Notes under the pieces: generated by a model
The model's input: only the letters and a program-made list of their open reading frames with translations
Databases searched by the model: none
Told to the model about the DNA's origin: nothing
Made by a program: the position numbers and the translations under genes
Assembly: GCA_049968255.1 (NCBI GenBank)
Contig: JBMFRB010000010.1
Location: forward strand, 49,997 to 99,841
Length of the DNA: 49,845 nt
Source of the DNA: Candidatus Sumerlaeaceae bacterium
GTDB taxonomy: Bacteria; Sumerlaeota; Sumerlaeia; Sumerlaeales; Sumerlaeaceae
Direction of reading: 5' to 3'
Shown: in pieces, positions 36,727 through 47,353 of the stretch
How the letters are laid out: each line of letters opens with the position of its first letter
How positions within the stretch are numbered: position 1 is the first letter of the stretch

Positions 36727-38187
36727 GTGGATGGGGATCTAAAGCATTTGGCGTCCCTGCTTGTGGCGGGCACTCAGCTGGAGCCGTTGTCGGCGTCGCG
36801 GGCCGCAACCGGCGTTGCTCTTTCCGTGAAGCTTTTTGGCGTGGTGTGGCTGTGTGTGTTTGTTGCCATCGTGGCGAGTTTCGGCTTTGCTCTTCGGCGG
36901 GCATGGCGGCTGCAAAAGGAAAAAGCAAGAGCTGCGGCCGCGAATCCCGGCGAGCCATGGAAGCGGCGGCCAGACTGGGCTGTGGGCCGAATTGAGTTTA
37001 CCGGGGCGAAAGCAGCTGCCATTGGGTTCTTGGTTTTTGCTCTGATTTGGAGCGCGTTCATTTCGCTTTTCATTTACGCTTTTCTATCTGCTACGCCGAG
37101 GGAAGGTCTGCCATGGCCCATCTACGTTGCGATGTTCGTGTTTCCGGTCGTCGGTGTGGGTATGGCCGCACGTGCCGTTGTTCTGCTTTTGCGCTGGCGT
37201 CGCTATGGGGTCTCTGTTTTGGAATTGGAGACCGTGCCCGGCGTCATTGGTGGTCGGTTGGCAGGCCGCGTGTGGGCCAAGTTACGGCCAGAACCATCGT
37301 CGGAGATTGTCGTGCGGCTCAGGTGCCTTGAGCAAAAAACTCGGCGAAGCTCACGGGGCGCACGAGAAAAAGACGTGTCCGTTTTATGGGAGGAGACGAA
37401 GCGTCTGCGTGCGGAGGAGCTTGTCCTTGGGCCGTCCGGCGGGGTGTACGTTCCCGTCGAATTTGTGATTCCGCGCGAATGCAGCCCGACGTCTGCTTTG
37501 GGCGATGAGGACGGCATCTCCTGGGAGCTCGAGGTACGAGCAAAAGTGCGTGGGCCTGACTACGTGGCGACTTTTCGAGTGCCGGTCTGTGTGACGGAAA
37601 CCAGTGACTTGCCGGAAGCGCAGAAACTACAGAAGGAAGAGCGCTGTCGAAAGCTGGCGGCGGGGCCGCCACCGAAGCTCAGTGTGCGCATCGCGCCGAC
37701 GATGACGGGTGGCACCGAGCTTTATTGGCCTCCGTATCGCCACATCTTCGGAGGCGTTGTTCTTCTTGCACTAGCGGCGCTGTGTGGCTTCGGCATCTAT
37801 GCGCTGCCCGTGAAAAGCGGCGTTTGGGTTGCGTACGGTGTGCTTGGTCTTTTCGCCGCCGTTTTCGGTTTCCAAGGGTTAAACGCTGTCTTGGCCTGGA
37901 GCCGCCTGCTCCTTGAGCCTGAAGGGGTCCTCCGGGTGGAGCGAAAGCTGCTTGGCTTTGGGCGTACTCAGCAATGCCGCGCAGAGGATATTGCCATCGT
38001 TGAGCGTGTCGTGGGAAGCACGGTGAATCGCACGCCGTACTTTTATCTTCAGCTTCGCACAAGGAGTGGGGAGAGGCTTTTGCTTGGCTCGGGGATGGAG
38101 CAAGAGGACGAGATTGCTTATCTCGAGGCTATGGTTGAGGACTGGCTGGCGCAGTACAAAAGAGGGGATGACCAATCTCACACGTGA
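36727..38187 (+). CDS. Hypothetical multi-pass membrane protein
   Basis: ORF (track 36529..38187) with 5 TM segments, PGEPWKRRPDWAVGRI and a central beta-sandwich-like region; start uncertain. Confidence 0.7.
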   Translation: MDGDLKHLASLLVAGTQLEPLSASRAATGVALSVKLFGVVWLCVFVAIVASFGFALRRAWRLQKEKARAAAANPGEPWKRRPDWAVGRIEFTGAKAAAIGFLVFALIWSAFISLFIYAFLSATPREGLPWPIYVAMFVFPVVGVGMAARAVVLLLRWRRYGVSVLELETVPGVIGGRLAGRVWAKLRPEPSSEIVVRLRCLEQKTRRSSRGAREKDVSVLWEETKRLRAEELVLGPSGGVYVPVEFVIPRECSPTSALGDEDGISWELEVRAKVRGPDYVATFRVPVCVTETSDLPEAQKLQKEERCRKLAAGPPPKLSVRIAPTMTGGTELYWPPYRHIFGGVVLLALAALCGFGIYALPVKSGVWVAYGVLGLFAAVFGFQGLNAVLAWSRLLLEPEGVLRVERKLLGFGRTQQCRAEDIAIVERVVGSTVNRTPYFYLQLRTRSGERLLLGSGMEQEDEIAYLEAMVEDWLAQYKRGDDQSHT

Positions 38188-38321
38188 AAACGGCCTTCTC
38201 AAAGGTCTCTTTTGTGTGGAATGCTATTGCGAGTGTCTTGAGCAATGGCATAATGACGTGGAGCATGGGCTGGGAGCATGCTGTGGCTGTGGAGTAAAGA
38301 AAATTCCGGAGATGGGGAACC

Positions 38322-41300
38322 ATGATTCCAATGCGCGGACTCTTTGTTAAAATATTATTTTCTCTCGCTGTGATTTTTACTTGCGTGCCTGTAACCGAAG
38401 GAGCGCCTGCCAAAGGCGATGGCGGTTTCCGAGTGCTGTCCGCGGAGCCACGCGGGGCGTTGCCTCTGGATCGCCTGAAGGGGCCGCTGGAGGTGCACGT
38501 TCGGTTCTCCTCCGAGGTCGTTGGGGTTGAGGACGTGGGGAGTACGTCTCCGGTTGGGCTGGAGTTCGAGCCTAATGTTGATGGGGGTGGACGCTGGCGC
38601 GACGAGAAGACGTTTGTGGCTACCCTTGATCCGCGGCAATTTCCGGCCGGCTCGGAAATTCGTTGTCGGGTGCCAGCGTCGCTGCGAGATCGTCGCGGAC
38701 GTTCTTTGAGTGGGGATCGGGAATTTGTGTTTGTGACGCCCCCCCTCACGTTGCTCGGTGCGCGGCAGGTGGAAGCGACGTTTGGCGGCACGTGCGCAGT
38801 GATGCTGGAATTTAGCTATCCTGTAAACCCAGACGACATAAGCCGGTTTGTCAGTGTGAAATCGAATGAGCGCACGCTCACCATGGGGCGAGTGGCGGCG
38901 CCCATAGCCGAGAAAGGCAAAGCGCTTCGGGTGCGTTCGGGAGTGCCCACACGCACGCCGATTGTCGAAATCATTGGGGAAATTGAAGAGGGCAAAATGA
39001 CGGTGCAGGTGCAGCCGGGGCTGAGCGCTGTGCGCGGTGGGCGGCCCCTGGCAGAGATGGCGTCGGTCTCTGTGAATATCCAGTCGAATTTTGTGCCAGT
39101 GGAAGCGCGTGGCTATTGGAAAGGCGAGCGCGCTTTCATTCGCATCGAGTTCAGTGCACCGGTTTCTCTCGAGCACGCTGTGGAGAACATCGCGGTCGAA
39201 CCTACTGTGGCTTTCAGTGTGGATCGTCGGTGGGGGATGTGGGTGCCCTCGAGCGGCGAAAATGCTCTGGTATTAGCAGGGGATTTCAAGCCAGAAGTTC
39301 GCTATGCCGTCACGCTGAAGAGTGGCTTGCAGGGTGCGGCTGGCCAACGGCTCGCACAGACGCGCACCTTGCAAGTGTGGATGCCAAAGGTCGCGCCGTT
39401 TCTCAGCTTTGACCGTGTGGGGGGCCATCTCTCGCCGACGGGAACAATGAAGGCTCGTGTGCGCAGTGCGGGCATCAAAGAGTTCACGCTCCAGGCGTGG
39501 CAATTATTTGAAAATAATTTAGCCTATTACTCATCCCGGAGCTGGGATAACGACGCTGTGCGCGAGCTCGGCAAGCTTATCGCTGAGCGACGGGTGCCTG
39601 TTTCCAAACCGGATGGGCCCAGCACCACGCTTGTGAACCTGCGCGACGTTCTCACAAGCGGAGCGGCTGGAGTGTATTTGCTTCAGCTCAGCGCCGACTA
39701 TCCCCCGGATGCGCCGGAATCCGGCGACGAAGAGGACCGCTTCCGCCGCTATTCCGGCCTCCAAGAAAACACTGTGGTTGTGGTCTCGAATCTCGGGGTT
39801 GTGGGCAAACGCAGCAGCGCGCAGGCCAGCGTGTGGGTGACTGCACTCGACACAGCGGAACCAGTTGCGGGAGCGCAGGTGCAATGGCTTTCGGCAAAGA
39901 ACCAGGTCGTGGCCACGGCGATCACCGATGCACATGGTTTTGCTCGGACCGAGAATCTACCCGCGGATGCAGAGCTGCAGCCAGCAATCGTGGTCGTGCG
40001 CCATGGCGGCGATTTTACTTATCTTGACCTGCGACGCGAACAGCTTTCGCTTGCGCCTGAACAACGGCTGCAGGAAAGGCGTCCGTATTTAGCACGGGGT
40101 TATGAGGCGTTTGCGACGACGGATCGCGGCGCCTATCGGCCTGGCGAAACAGTGCGTGTGGCGGGATTCGTGAGAGGGGTGGATCATCAACCGCCCAAAA
40201 GTGCGTTCCCCTTCGAGCTCGCCGTCACGCGCGCCGACGGCGTGGGGCTCGAACCCTTGCGCATCATGCCAACGCCCAGCGGAGCGTTTGAAACGCAAGT
40301 GTCCATTCCGGCGAACGCGCCCATTGGCTTGTGGCGTGGCAAGCTGCGCCTGCCGGGGGGTGGGAAGAGAGACCGCACCGAAATTGCGCCAGAGGAACAA
40401 GAGGAAACGGAGATGCAGCCTGGCGATCTCGGCCAAGTGGAGTTCTTCGTGGAGGAGTTTTTGCCAACCCGTCTTGAGGTTGCGCTTGATGTGCCCGAGC
40501 GGCGCTTCTCGACAAGCGAGTCACTGCCGCTTCACGTGAAGGCATCAGAGCTTTTTGGGGTGCCGGCAGGCGAAAGACCGCTCCGCGTGAGCGTTTTATA
40601 CAAACCAGAAGTGTTCTCGTGCCCAGCATTTCCTGACTATCAATTCGGTGATGCTGCTCAAACGCTCGATCGCACCGAGGAGTCGCTGGATGACCTCAAG
40701 CTCAACGCTGCGGGTGAGGCCAGCGTCGACATGCCCTTGCCCATAAGCCGAGCGCCGGCGGCGGTGCGCGCCGAGATTCAGGCTGTGGTGGTCGACGCCG
40801 GCGGGCGCACGGTGACTAAACGAGTTGAGCGTGTGCTTGACCCCGTGCCTTTTTATATTGGCGTGCGCGTTGGCACCACAGCCATGGCCGAAGTGGGCAA
40901 GCCGCTTGAGGCCCGTGTGGTTGCTGTGCGACCTGATTGTGAGCTGGCTACGAACGTGCGTGAGCTTTCAGCAACGGTTTATCGCGTCGTGTGGGATTCC
41001 ATCCTCAAGCGCTCAGGCGAGGGTTACACCTTTGCCACCACGCAACGGCTCATCGCTCAGGAAAGCCGCAAAATCGTGCTTGAGAATGGGAGCGGCAAGC
41101 TCGAGTGGACGCCGCCTTCCGAGGGCGAGTACGTTTTCCTAGTGGTGGCACCCACGGGTGGGTCCCAAACGCGAGTACCCTTCTTCGCCACCAGCGGCCG
41201 GTGGGGCGAGCAACCATGGTCGCTGGAAAAGCCCGAAGTCCTCGAAATCGTGGCGGATAAACCGACCTACACGCCTGGCGAAACAGCACGATTGCTTGTG

Positions 41301-43919
41301 AAGGCTCCTTTCGCGGGCAAGCTGTTTGTCGCGCTCGAGCAGGACCGCGTGACCAGTGTGATCCTGAGCCAAATCGCGACGAACACGGCTGAGCTCGCGC
41401 TGCCGATCGAGTCGTGGATGGCGCCGAACATTTTTGTGACGGCGACGCTGGTGCGCCCCGTGCGTCCTGCGGACAAATGGCTGCCTCACCGCGCTTTCGG
41501 AACAATTGCCGTCCCAGTGCATGTGCCGGAAAGCAGACTTTCGGTGAGCATGGCAGCACCGGAAAAAGTTCAGCCGGGCGCGAGCTTTGATGCGCAATTG
41601 GTGCTGGCAAACGCTGAGACTAGCATGCCTGTGGAGGGGGACTTTGTGGTTTGGGCTGTAGATGAAGGCGTCCTGGCGTTGACGGACTTTGCCACGCCAG
41701 ACCCGTGGGAGTTTTTCTGGGGGCCGCGGCGGCTCGGGGTGGCGACGGCGGATTTCTTTGGCGACCTTATGCCTGACCTTGTCGCTGTGGCCGAGAGTGC
41801 GCCGGGTGGTGGTGAGGGTGCGGCGATGCGACGGCTTTCGCCTGTTGCGGCCGAGCGAGTGCGCCCCGTCGTGTTGTGGCGCGGGCTGGGGCGAACGGAT
41901 GCGCATGGGCGAGCGCATCTGTCGTTTCAGGTGCCGGCCTATGCAGGACGGCTGAGGCTTATGGCCGTTGCGGCGGCTGGCTCGCGTTTCGCAAGTGCGC
42001 AGGCCCCGATCATTGTAACCGGCCCAGTCCTCATCCGCGAATATTTCCCCCGCTTCCTTTCACCGACGGATGAGGCGCACGTGCCGCTCGTGGTTTACAA
42101 CAACAGCGAGGCCACGACAACCGTGCGTGTGGCGGTCGGGGTGGCAGGGCCCGTGGAGCTTCTGGACTCCGCGCCTTGGACGCGGGCGGGCGTAACCGAC
42201 TCTGCCACGACATTGGCAACGGAGATCGAGATACCGGCCAAAAGTCAGCGCAACGTTTTTGTGCCAGTGCGCGCGGCTGATCGGATCGGCGTGGCGAAGT
42301 TGAGCGTTGTGGCGAGCGCAGCGGATTATTCGCACATGGAAACTCTTGAAGTTCCAGTGCGGCCGGCCAGCGTCGTCGAACGCGTGGCTGGCTACGGCGT
42401 GTTGCAGGCGGGCGACACGGCAAAAATCGAATGGCCTCGTGATTTGCTGCCCGGAACGACGACGGGCGTTTTGACGATCGGAGGCTCACGAGCGGGTGAG
42501 CTGTTGCGAGCGTTGCGTTATAACCTCACGTATCCTTACGGTTGCGCGGAGCAGATTATCTCTTCAGCGTTTCCCTTGCTTGCTGCTGCGGACGTCTTGA
42601 AAACCTTCGGTGAGGAGACGCTTACATCCGAAGGTGTTGCGCTAGCGGTCGCTGGCGCGAGTGAGCGCCTTGCGGATCTGCAGACAGCAAGCGGGGGGCT
42701 GGCTATGTGGGCCGGCCAACGCGAACCATGGCTGTGGGCTTCGCTCTATGGCGCTCACTTTTGGCTCGAAGCGCGCCGTGCTGGTTTGCCCGTGTGGGAA
42801 GATCATCTCGATGCGCTATTGCGCTACGTGCGTGGCGAGGCTTTCCGCGATCGTGGCGTGAGCACCATCTCGTCGCAGGCCGCACGCGAGCGCGCCTATG
42901 CGTGCTACGTGCTGGCACTGGCTGGGCGGCCTGCGCGTGACCAGATGGAGCTGCTTTATGACAAGCGCGACGATTTGCCGAGCGGGGCTGTGGCGCTTCT
43001 GGCAGCTGCTTACTGGCGGTTGGGCATGGCGCAAGCCGCGAAGCGCTTGCTCGACGTTGCGGCCGATGGCATGGCGACACGCGAGACGGGAAAAACTCTG
43101 GCTTCGCCAACGCGCGAAACGGCGATCTTGCTGAGCACGCTTGTGGATGTGGAGCCGTGGGGAGCTCGCACACGCACCTTGGCCGATCGGCTGTACTCGC
43201 AACTCACATCGCAGGGTCATTGGGGAACGACGCAAGACAATGCTTTTGCAGTGTGGGCCCTGGCTCGTTTTGAAAAAAGCCAGCGGCACGGCGCGATTGC
43301 GGAGGGCGTAGTCCGTTATGCGGACAAAGAATTCGCTTTCCGAACGGATCGAGGCCTGGCGGTGGGCATTGATCACGTGAATGAGCCTGCATGGGTGGTT
43401 GTGCGTGGCGGTGGGCCAGCCTACTATTCCTGGTTCGTCGAGGGTCTGCCAACGCGTGGGCCGACGCAGCCACTGGCACGCGGGCTCAGACTGAAGCGTC
43501 GCTATGTTGATACCAAGGGAAGAGACGTGGCGCTCGATGCTCTCGCGCAGGGGTCAGCTGTTCTCGTCGAATTGACGTTGAGCGCTGATCAGGCGGTGGA
43601 AAATGTTGCCGTGGTGGACCTGCTGCCGGCGTGCTTGGAGATCGAAAACGCCAATCTCGCCTCGGCGGAACACTTCGACGGCGCGCAGCCAGCGGACGCG
43701 CTGCCCGTGGATCGCGCAGAAGTGCGCGATGATCGTATGATCGTATTCACGTCGCTACCAGAAGCTGGAAAGCCACGCACGTTTCGCTACGCGTGCCGAG
43801 TGGTGACGGCGGGGCGCTTCGTGGTTGGTCCTGCGTGGGCGGAGTGCATGTATGATCCGGAGCTGCGTGCGCAGGTGCCGGGTGCTGCCGCCCAAGTGAA
43901 AGAGGTCCCTCTCCGATAG
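38322..43919 (+). CDS. Bacterial alpha-2-macroglobulin (YfhM-like) with thioester motif
   Basis: TDRGAYRPGETV, VEEFLP, ADKPTYTPGETA, WAVDEGVL, YPYGCAEQ, WGTTQDNA, VDLLPACLEIEN, EVRDDR, AECMYDP. Confidence 0.95.
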   Translation: MIPMRGLFVKILFSLAVIFTCVPVTEGAPAKGDGGFRVLSAEPRGALPLDRLKGPLEVHVRFSSEVVGVEDVGSTSPVGLEFEPNVDGGGRWRDEKTFVATLDPRQFPAGSEIRCRVPASLRDRRGRSLSGDREFVFVTPPLTLLGARQVEATFGGTCAVMLEFSYPVNPDDISRFVSVKSNERTLTMGRVAAPIAEKGKALRVRSGVPTRTPIVEIIGEIEEGKMTVQVQPGLSAVRGGRPLAEMASVSVNIQSNFVPVEARGYWKGERAFIRIEFSAPVSLEHAVENIAVEPTVAFSVDRRWGMWVPSSGENALVLAGDFKPEVRYAVTLKSGLQGAAGQRLAQTRTLQVWMPKVAPFLSFDRVGGHLSPTGTMKARVRSAGIKEFTLQAWQLFENNLAYYSSRSWDNDAVRELGKLIAERRVPVSKPDGPSTTLVNLRDVLTSGAAGVYLLQLSADYPPDAPESGDEEDRFRRYSGLQENTVVVVSNLGVVGKRSSAQASVWVTALDTAEPVAGAQVQWLSAKNQVVATAITDAHGFARTENLPADAELQPAIVVVRHGGDFTYLDLRREQLSLAPEQRLQERRPYLARGYEAFATTDRGAYRPGETVRVAGFVRGVDHQPPKSAFPFELAVTRADGVGLEPLRIMPTPSGAFETQVSIPANAPIGLWRGKLRLPGGGKRDRTEIAPEEQEETEMQPGDLGQVEFFVEEFLPTRLEVALDVPERRFSTSESLPLHVKASELFGVPAGERPLRVSVLYKPEVFSCPAFPDYQFGDAAQTLDRTEESLDDLKLNAAGEASVDMPLPISRAPAAVRAEIQAVVVDAGGRTVTKRVERVLDPVPFYIGVRVGTTAMAEVGKPLEARVVAVRPDCELATNVRELSATVYRVVWDSILKRSGEGYTFATTQRLIAQESRKIVLENGSGKLEWTPPSEGEYVFLVVAPTGGSQTRVPFFATSGRWGEQPWSLEKPEVLEIVADKPTYTPGETARLLVKAPFAGKLFVALEQDRVTSVILSQIATNTAELALPIESWMAPNIFVTATLVRPVRPADKWLPHRAFGTIAVPVHVPESRLSVSMAAPEKVQPGASFDAQLVLANAETSMPVEGDFVVWAVDEGVLALTDFATPDPWEFFWGPRRLGVATADFFGDLMPDLVAVAESAPGGGEGAAMRRLSPVAAERVRPVVLWRGLGRTDAHGRAHLSFQVPAYAGRLRLMAVAAAGSRFASAQAPIIVTGPVLIREYFPRFLSPTDEAHVPLVVYNNSEATTTVRVAVGVAGPVELLDSAPWTRAGVTDSATTLATEIEIPAKSQRNVFVPVRAADRIGVAKLSVVASAADYSHMETLEVPVRPASVVERVAGYGVLQAGDTAKIEWPRDLLPGTTTGVLTIGGSRAGELLRALRYNLTYPYGCAEQIISSAFPLLAAADVLKTFGEETLTSEGVALAVAGASERLADLQTASGGLAMWAGQREPWLWASLYGAHFWLEARRAGLPVWEDHLDALLRYVRGEAFRDRGVSTISSQAARERAYACYVLALAGRPARDQMELLYDKRDDLPSGAVALLAAAYWRLGMAQAAKRLLDVAADGMATRETGKTLASPTRETAILLSTLVDVEPWGARTRTLADRLYSQLTSQGHWGTTQDNAFAVWALARFEKSQRHGAIAEGVVRYADKEFAFRTDRGLAVGIDHVNEPAWVVVRGGGPAYYSWFVEGLPTRGPTQPLARGLRLKRRYVDTKGRDVALDALAQGSAVLVELTLSADQAVENVAVVDLLPACLEIENANLASAEHFDGAQPADALPVDRAEVRDDRMIVFTSLPEAGKPRTFRYACRVVTAGRFVVGPAWAECMYDPELRAQVPGAAAQVKEVPLR

Positions 43920-44056
43920 CCACCGGTCCTGTTTGTGCATGAAAAACGTGTTGACACATTGATCGCCTTGCGGCGCATCTGAGTGTCTTTTCTTTCTACG
44001 GAAAAGACGTGACGGTTGTGTTTAGCATGGCAAATTTGTTGGATGGAGACACAGCG

Positions 44057-45259
44057 ATGGACATGAACGCGATTTATGCGAGGGCGCAACGAGATCGCAA
44101 TGCGGTGGCGGCTTTTCTGCAGGATATCATTCGCATCAAGAGCCTGAGCTGCGAGGAGAAACATGTGGTGGAGCGCATCGCGGAGGAAATGCGCAAGGTG
44201 GGTTTCGACGAAGTGCGCACCGACGGCCTTGGCAATGTCATTGGGCGCGTCGGCAGTGGGCCACGCGTTGTGGCGATGGACGCACACATTGATACAGTGG
44301 ACGTGGGCAATCCTGAGCTGTGGGAGGTTGATCCTTTCGCGGCGCTGCGCAAAGATGACGTGATCTGGGGGCGTGGCGCGTGCGACATGAAAGGCGCAAT
44401 GGCGTCGCTTGTGTATGGGGCGAAGCTCGTGAAAGAGCTCGGGCTGGCAAAGAATTTGAGCCTTTACGTGACGGGGACGGTCATGGAGGAAGATTGCGAT
44501 GGCCTGTGCTGGCAGTACATCTTGCGCGAGAAGGTCATTGATCCGTGGCCGGAGTGTGTGGTCATTGCCGAGCCGACGAACATGAATATTTATCGGGGGC
44601 ATCGTGGCCGAATGGAGATAGAGATTCGCGTGAGCGGTCTGTCGGCGCATGGCAGTGCCCCCGAACGCGGGATCAACGCGGTGTACAAGATGGCTCCGAT
44701 CATTCTCGACGTGGAAAAGCTCAACGAGCGACTTCGCACGGATCCCTTTCTGGGCAAGGGAACGGTGACAATCTCAGAGATTCGCTCGACGAGTCCATCG
44801 CTCTGTGCGGTTGCTGATTCGTGCACCATTCACCTGGACCGGCGACTGACAAAAGGCGAGACGATCGAAAGCGCGGTGGCCGAGCTCGAGGAGCTACCAA
44901 GCGTCAGGGCGGCTCAGGCGAGGGTCGTTGTCCTGGACTACGCACGGCCTGCCTACACGGGACTCGTTTATCCGACGAAAAAATACTATCCGACGTGGGT
45001 TCTGGAAGAGAACCATCCCGCTTTACAGACAGCCGTGGCGGCTTATGAGGCTGTCTTGGGTGAAAAACCGAAGGTCGATAAATGGACGTTCTCCACGAAC
45101 GGGGTGGCAACGATGGGGATGTTTGGCATTCCGTCGTTCGGACTCGGCCCAGGCAATGAAGAGTTTGCGCATTCACCGAAAGAACACATCCCCGTGGATC
45201 ATCTCTGGAAAGCGGCAGCGTTCTACGCAGCATTTGCCGAGATGTATTCAAATCGTTAA
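44057..45259 (+). CDS. ygeY: YgeY-family M20 metallohydrolase
   Basis: VAMDAHIDTV, TGTVMEEDCDGLCWQYI, YRGHRGRMEI, HGSAPERG, FLGKGT, CAVADSC, DRRLT, DKWTFSTNGV closely follow E. coli YgeY as I recall it. Confidence 0.88.
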   Translation: MDMNAIYARAQRDRNAVAAFLQDIIRIKSLSCEEKHVVERIAEEMRKVGFDEVRTDGLGNVIGRVGSGPRVVAMDAHIDTVDVGNPELWEVDPFAALRKDDVIWGRGACDMKGAMASLVYGAKLVKELGLAKNLSLYVTGTVMEEDCDGLCWQYILREKVIDPWPECVVIAEPTNMNIYRGHRGRMEIEIRVSGLSAHGSAPERGINAVYKMAPIILDVEKLNERLRTDPFLGKGTVTISEIRSTSPSLCAVADSCTIHLDRRLTKGETIESAVAELEELPSVRAAQARVVVLDYARPAYTGLVYPTKKYYPTWVLEENHPALQTAVAAYEAVLGEKPKVDKWTFSTNGVATMGMFGIPSFGLGPGNEEFAHSPKEHIPVDHLWKAAAFYAAFAEMYSNR

Positions 45260-45312
45260 TAAGTTCAAATGACAGACATTTAACGAAATAACACATATAA
45301 AGGAGACGACTC

Positions 45313-46314
45313 ATGTTCTTCGACGAAAAGGTGGTCGCAGGACTACGCGGCCGGGATTACATCGAGACAAACGATTGGTCGGATGAAGAGCTCGAGGTAG
45401 CACTCGAGCTGGCTGCCGATCTTAAGTTCAAGTTCCGCAACGGCATTCCTCACCGCTATCTGCCAGACAAGACGATTTTCTTGTTGTTCTTCGACAAGTC
45501 GACGCGCACGCGCAATTCCTTCGAGGCTGGCGCCACCCAGCTTGGCGCCCATGCGCATTTCATTGACGCCGAAACGTCGCAGCTGGCGCACGGTGAGTCG
45601 CCCAAGGACATGGGGGTGATCCTTTCAAGCTACGGCCATGCCATCGCGATTCGTCACGACTTAGTGCCCGGCGAAGGCAACACCCTTATGCGCGAGGTGG
45701 CGAAACACGCCAATGTGCCCGTGCTCAATATGCAGTGCGACGTGGATCATCCCTTCCAAACCTTGGCGGACCTCATGACAATTCGCGAGCGTTTCGGCCG
45801 GAATCTGCGTGGGCTAAAAATCGCGGTGAGCTGGGCCTACGCGCCGAGCTATGCGAAACCCATGAGTGTGCCGCAAGGTCTCATCATGCTGATGACGCGC
45901 TTCGGTCTCGATGTGACGTTGGCCCATCCACCGGAATGGAAGCTCATGCCGCACACGATCGAGATCGCGAAGAAAAACGCGCAGCGACAGGGGACGAAAT
46001 TCGAGATCGTGGACGATATGGATGCCGCATTCGAGAATGCGGACATCGTCTATCCGAAAAGTTGGGGCATCGAAGAGCTCTTCCACAAACCCGAGGAGGC
46101 CTTGAAACTGGCCGCGAATTACAAGCACTGGATCTGCGACGAACGCCGGATGAGGCTCGCCAAAAAGCACGCCGTCTATATGCACTGCTTGCCGGCCGAC
46201 CGCGGCAACGAGGTGACGGACGAGGTCATTGACGGACCGCAGTCTATCGTGTACCAGGAAGCGGAAAACCGTCTTCATACGTGCAAATCGGTGATGACAC
46301 TGACAATGAGCTGA
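45313..46314 (+). CDS. Carbamoyltransferase, YgeW-like (knotted) subfamily
   Basis: STRTRNSF, HPFQTLAD, SWAYAPSYAKPMSVPQG (YgeW-type loop), YPKSW, MHCLPADRG, EAENRLH. Confidence 0.85.
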   Translation: MFFDEKVVAGLRGRDYIETNDWSDEELEVALELAADLKFKFRNGIPHRYLPDKTIFLLFFDKSTRTRNSFEAGATQLGAHAHFIDAETSQLAHGESPKDMGVILSSYGHAIAIRHDLVPGEGNTLMREVAKHANVPVLNMQCDVDHPFQTLADLMTIRERFGRNLRGLKIAVSWAYAPSYAKPMSVPQGLIMLMTRFGLDVTLAHPPEWKLMPHTIEIAKKNAQRQGTKFEIVDDMDAAFENADIVYPKSWGIEELFHKPEEALKLAANYKHWICDERRMRLAKKHAVYMHCLPADRGNEVTDEVIDGPQSIVYQEAENRLHTCKSVMTLTMS

Positions 46315-46351
46315 CCGTTGCTCATAGATGAGCTTGCCGACGATGTGCATG

Positions 46352-46393
46352 GCGACGTCCTACGACTTGTGGGACGTCGCAACGGATTTTTTG
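46352..46393 (+). terminator. Probable terminator hairpin
   Basis: GCGACGTCCTAC-GACTT-GTGGGACGTCGC; T run offset by 6 nt. Confidence 0.5.
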
Positions 46394-46825
46394 CAGCAGG
46401 TGTGCCATGCTGCTGCCCAAGGCACGAGACGCAACGAGGAAAAAGGCAATCTTGCTGAGTTCACGGTGGGCGAAGCGCTGAGATTTGCGCGGAGCCACAC
46501 CTCCGCCCGTCAAAAGAATGCGCTCCTCTTCCTCATGGGTTGGCGTGGTTCGTTGCTACCCCTCTTTTGCTGTGCCAGCAGGGGCAAGCTCAGGCGTCAT
46601 CCGGCTCGTTGCCATTGCATCTAGCCGGAGAATTTCCGTAGCGAGCTCGGGAGCGCTCACGGCAAGCACGAGAGGTTTCCACGGCAGGGGCAGACGTTGC
46701 GCCTTGCCTGCGATTCGCACTTGAGCAAAGCACGCGACGCCGTGAAAAAGAGGGCGCCGCGTGATTTTGTTGAGGACAGCGCGAAGGCGCGTCCCGATGT
46801 TTGCGGGTATTTCTGGAGAAATGCT

Positions 46826-47353
46826 ATGGATGATCGCAAGTTCAATAACGGTGTGCAGCGTGGACATGCACTTTATCCTGGCACGTTCGACGTGCTGACG
46901 TTCGGGCACCTGGACATTGTGCGGCGCGCAGCCACAATCTTCCGACAGCTTACCGTGGCTGTGGCGCAAAACATTGAAAAGCAACACCCGCTTTTTTCCT
47001 CCGAAGAGCGCATGGAGATGCTTCGTGAGGCTGTCGTCGATTTGCCAAACGTGGTGGTCACGAGTTTCAAGGGGCTCACGGTGGAATTTGCGCGCGAGGT
47101 GGGCGCACAGGTGATCGTTCGGGGGCTACGCGCCGTGAGTGATTTCGAGTTTGAGCTGCAAATGGCGATGATGAACGAAAGTCTCAACCCGGACATTTGC
47201 ACAGTGTTCATGGCACCGGCGCCAGCGTATTCGTTTCTGAGCTCGTCGCTCGTGAAGGAGATAGCGCGTTTTGGCGGCGATGTTTCGGCGTATGTGCCTG
47301 AGTACGTGGCAAGAAGACTGGAGCAACGTGTGAAGGAGAACGGATGGAGATGA
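46826..47353 (+). CDS. coaD: Phosphopantetheine adenylyltransferase
   Basis: [43 protein letters not shown]; GGAG RBS. Confidence 0.97.
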   Translation: MDDRKFNNGVQRGHALYPGTFDVLTFGHLDIVRRAATIFRQLTVAVAQNIEKQHPLFSSEERMEMLREAVVDLPNVVVTSFKGLTVEFAREVGAQVIVRGLRAVSDFEFELQMAMMNESLNPDICTVFMAPAPAYSFLSSSLVKEIARFGGDVSAYVPEYVARRLEQRVKENGWR

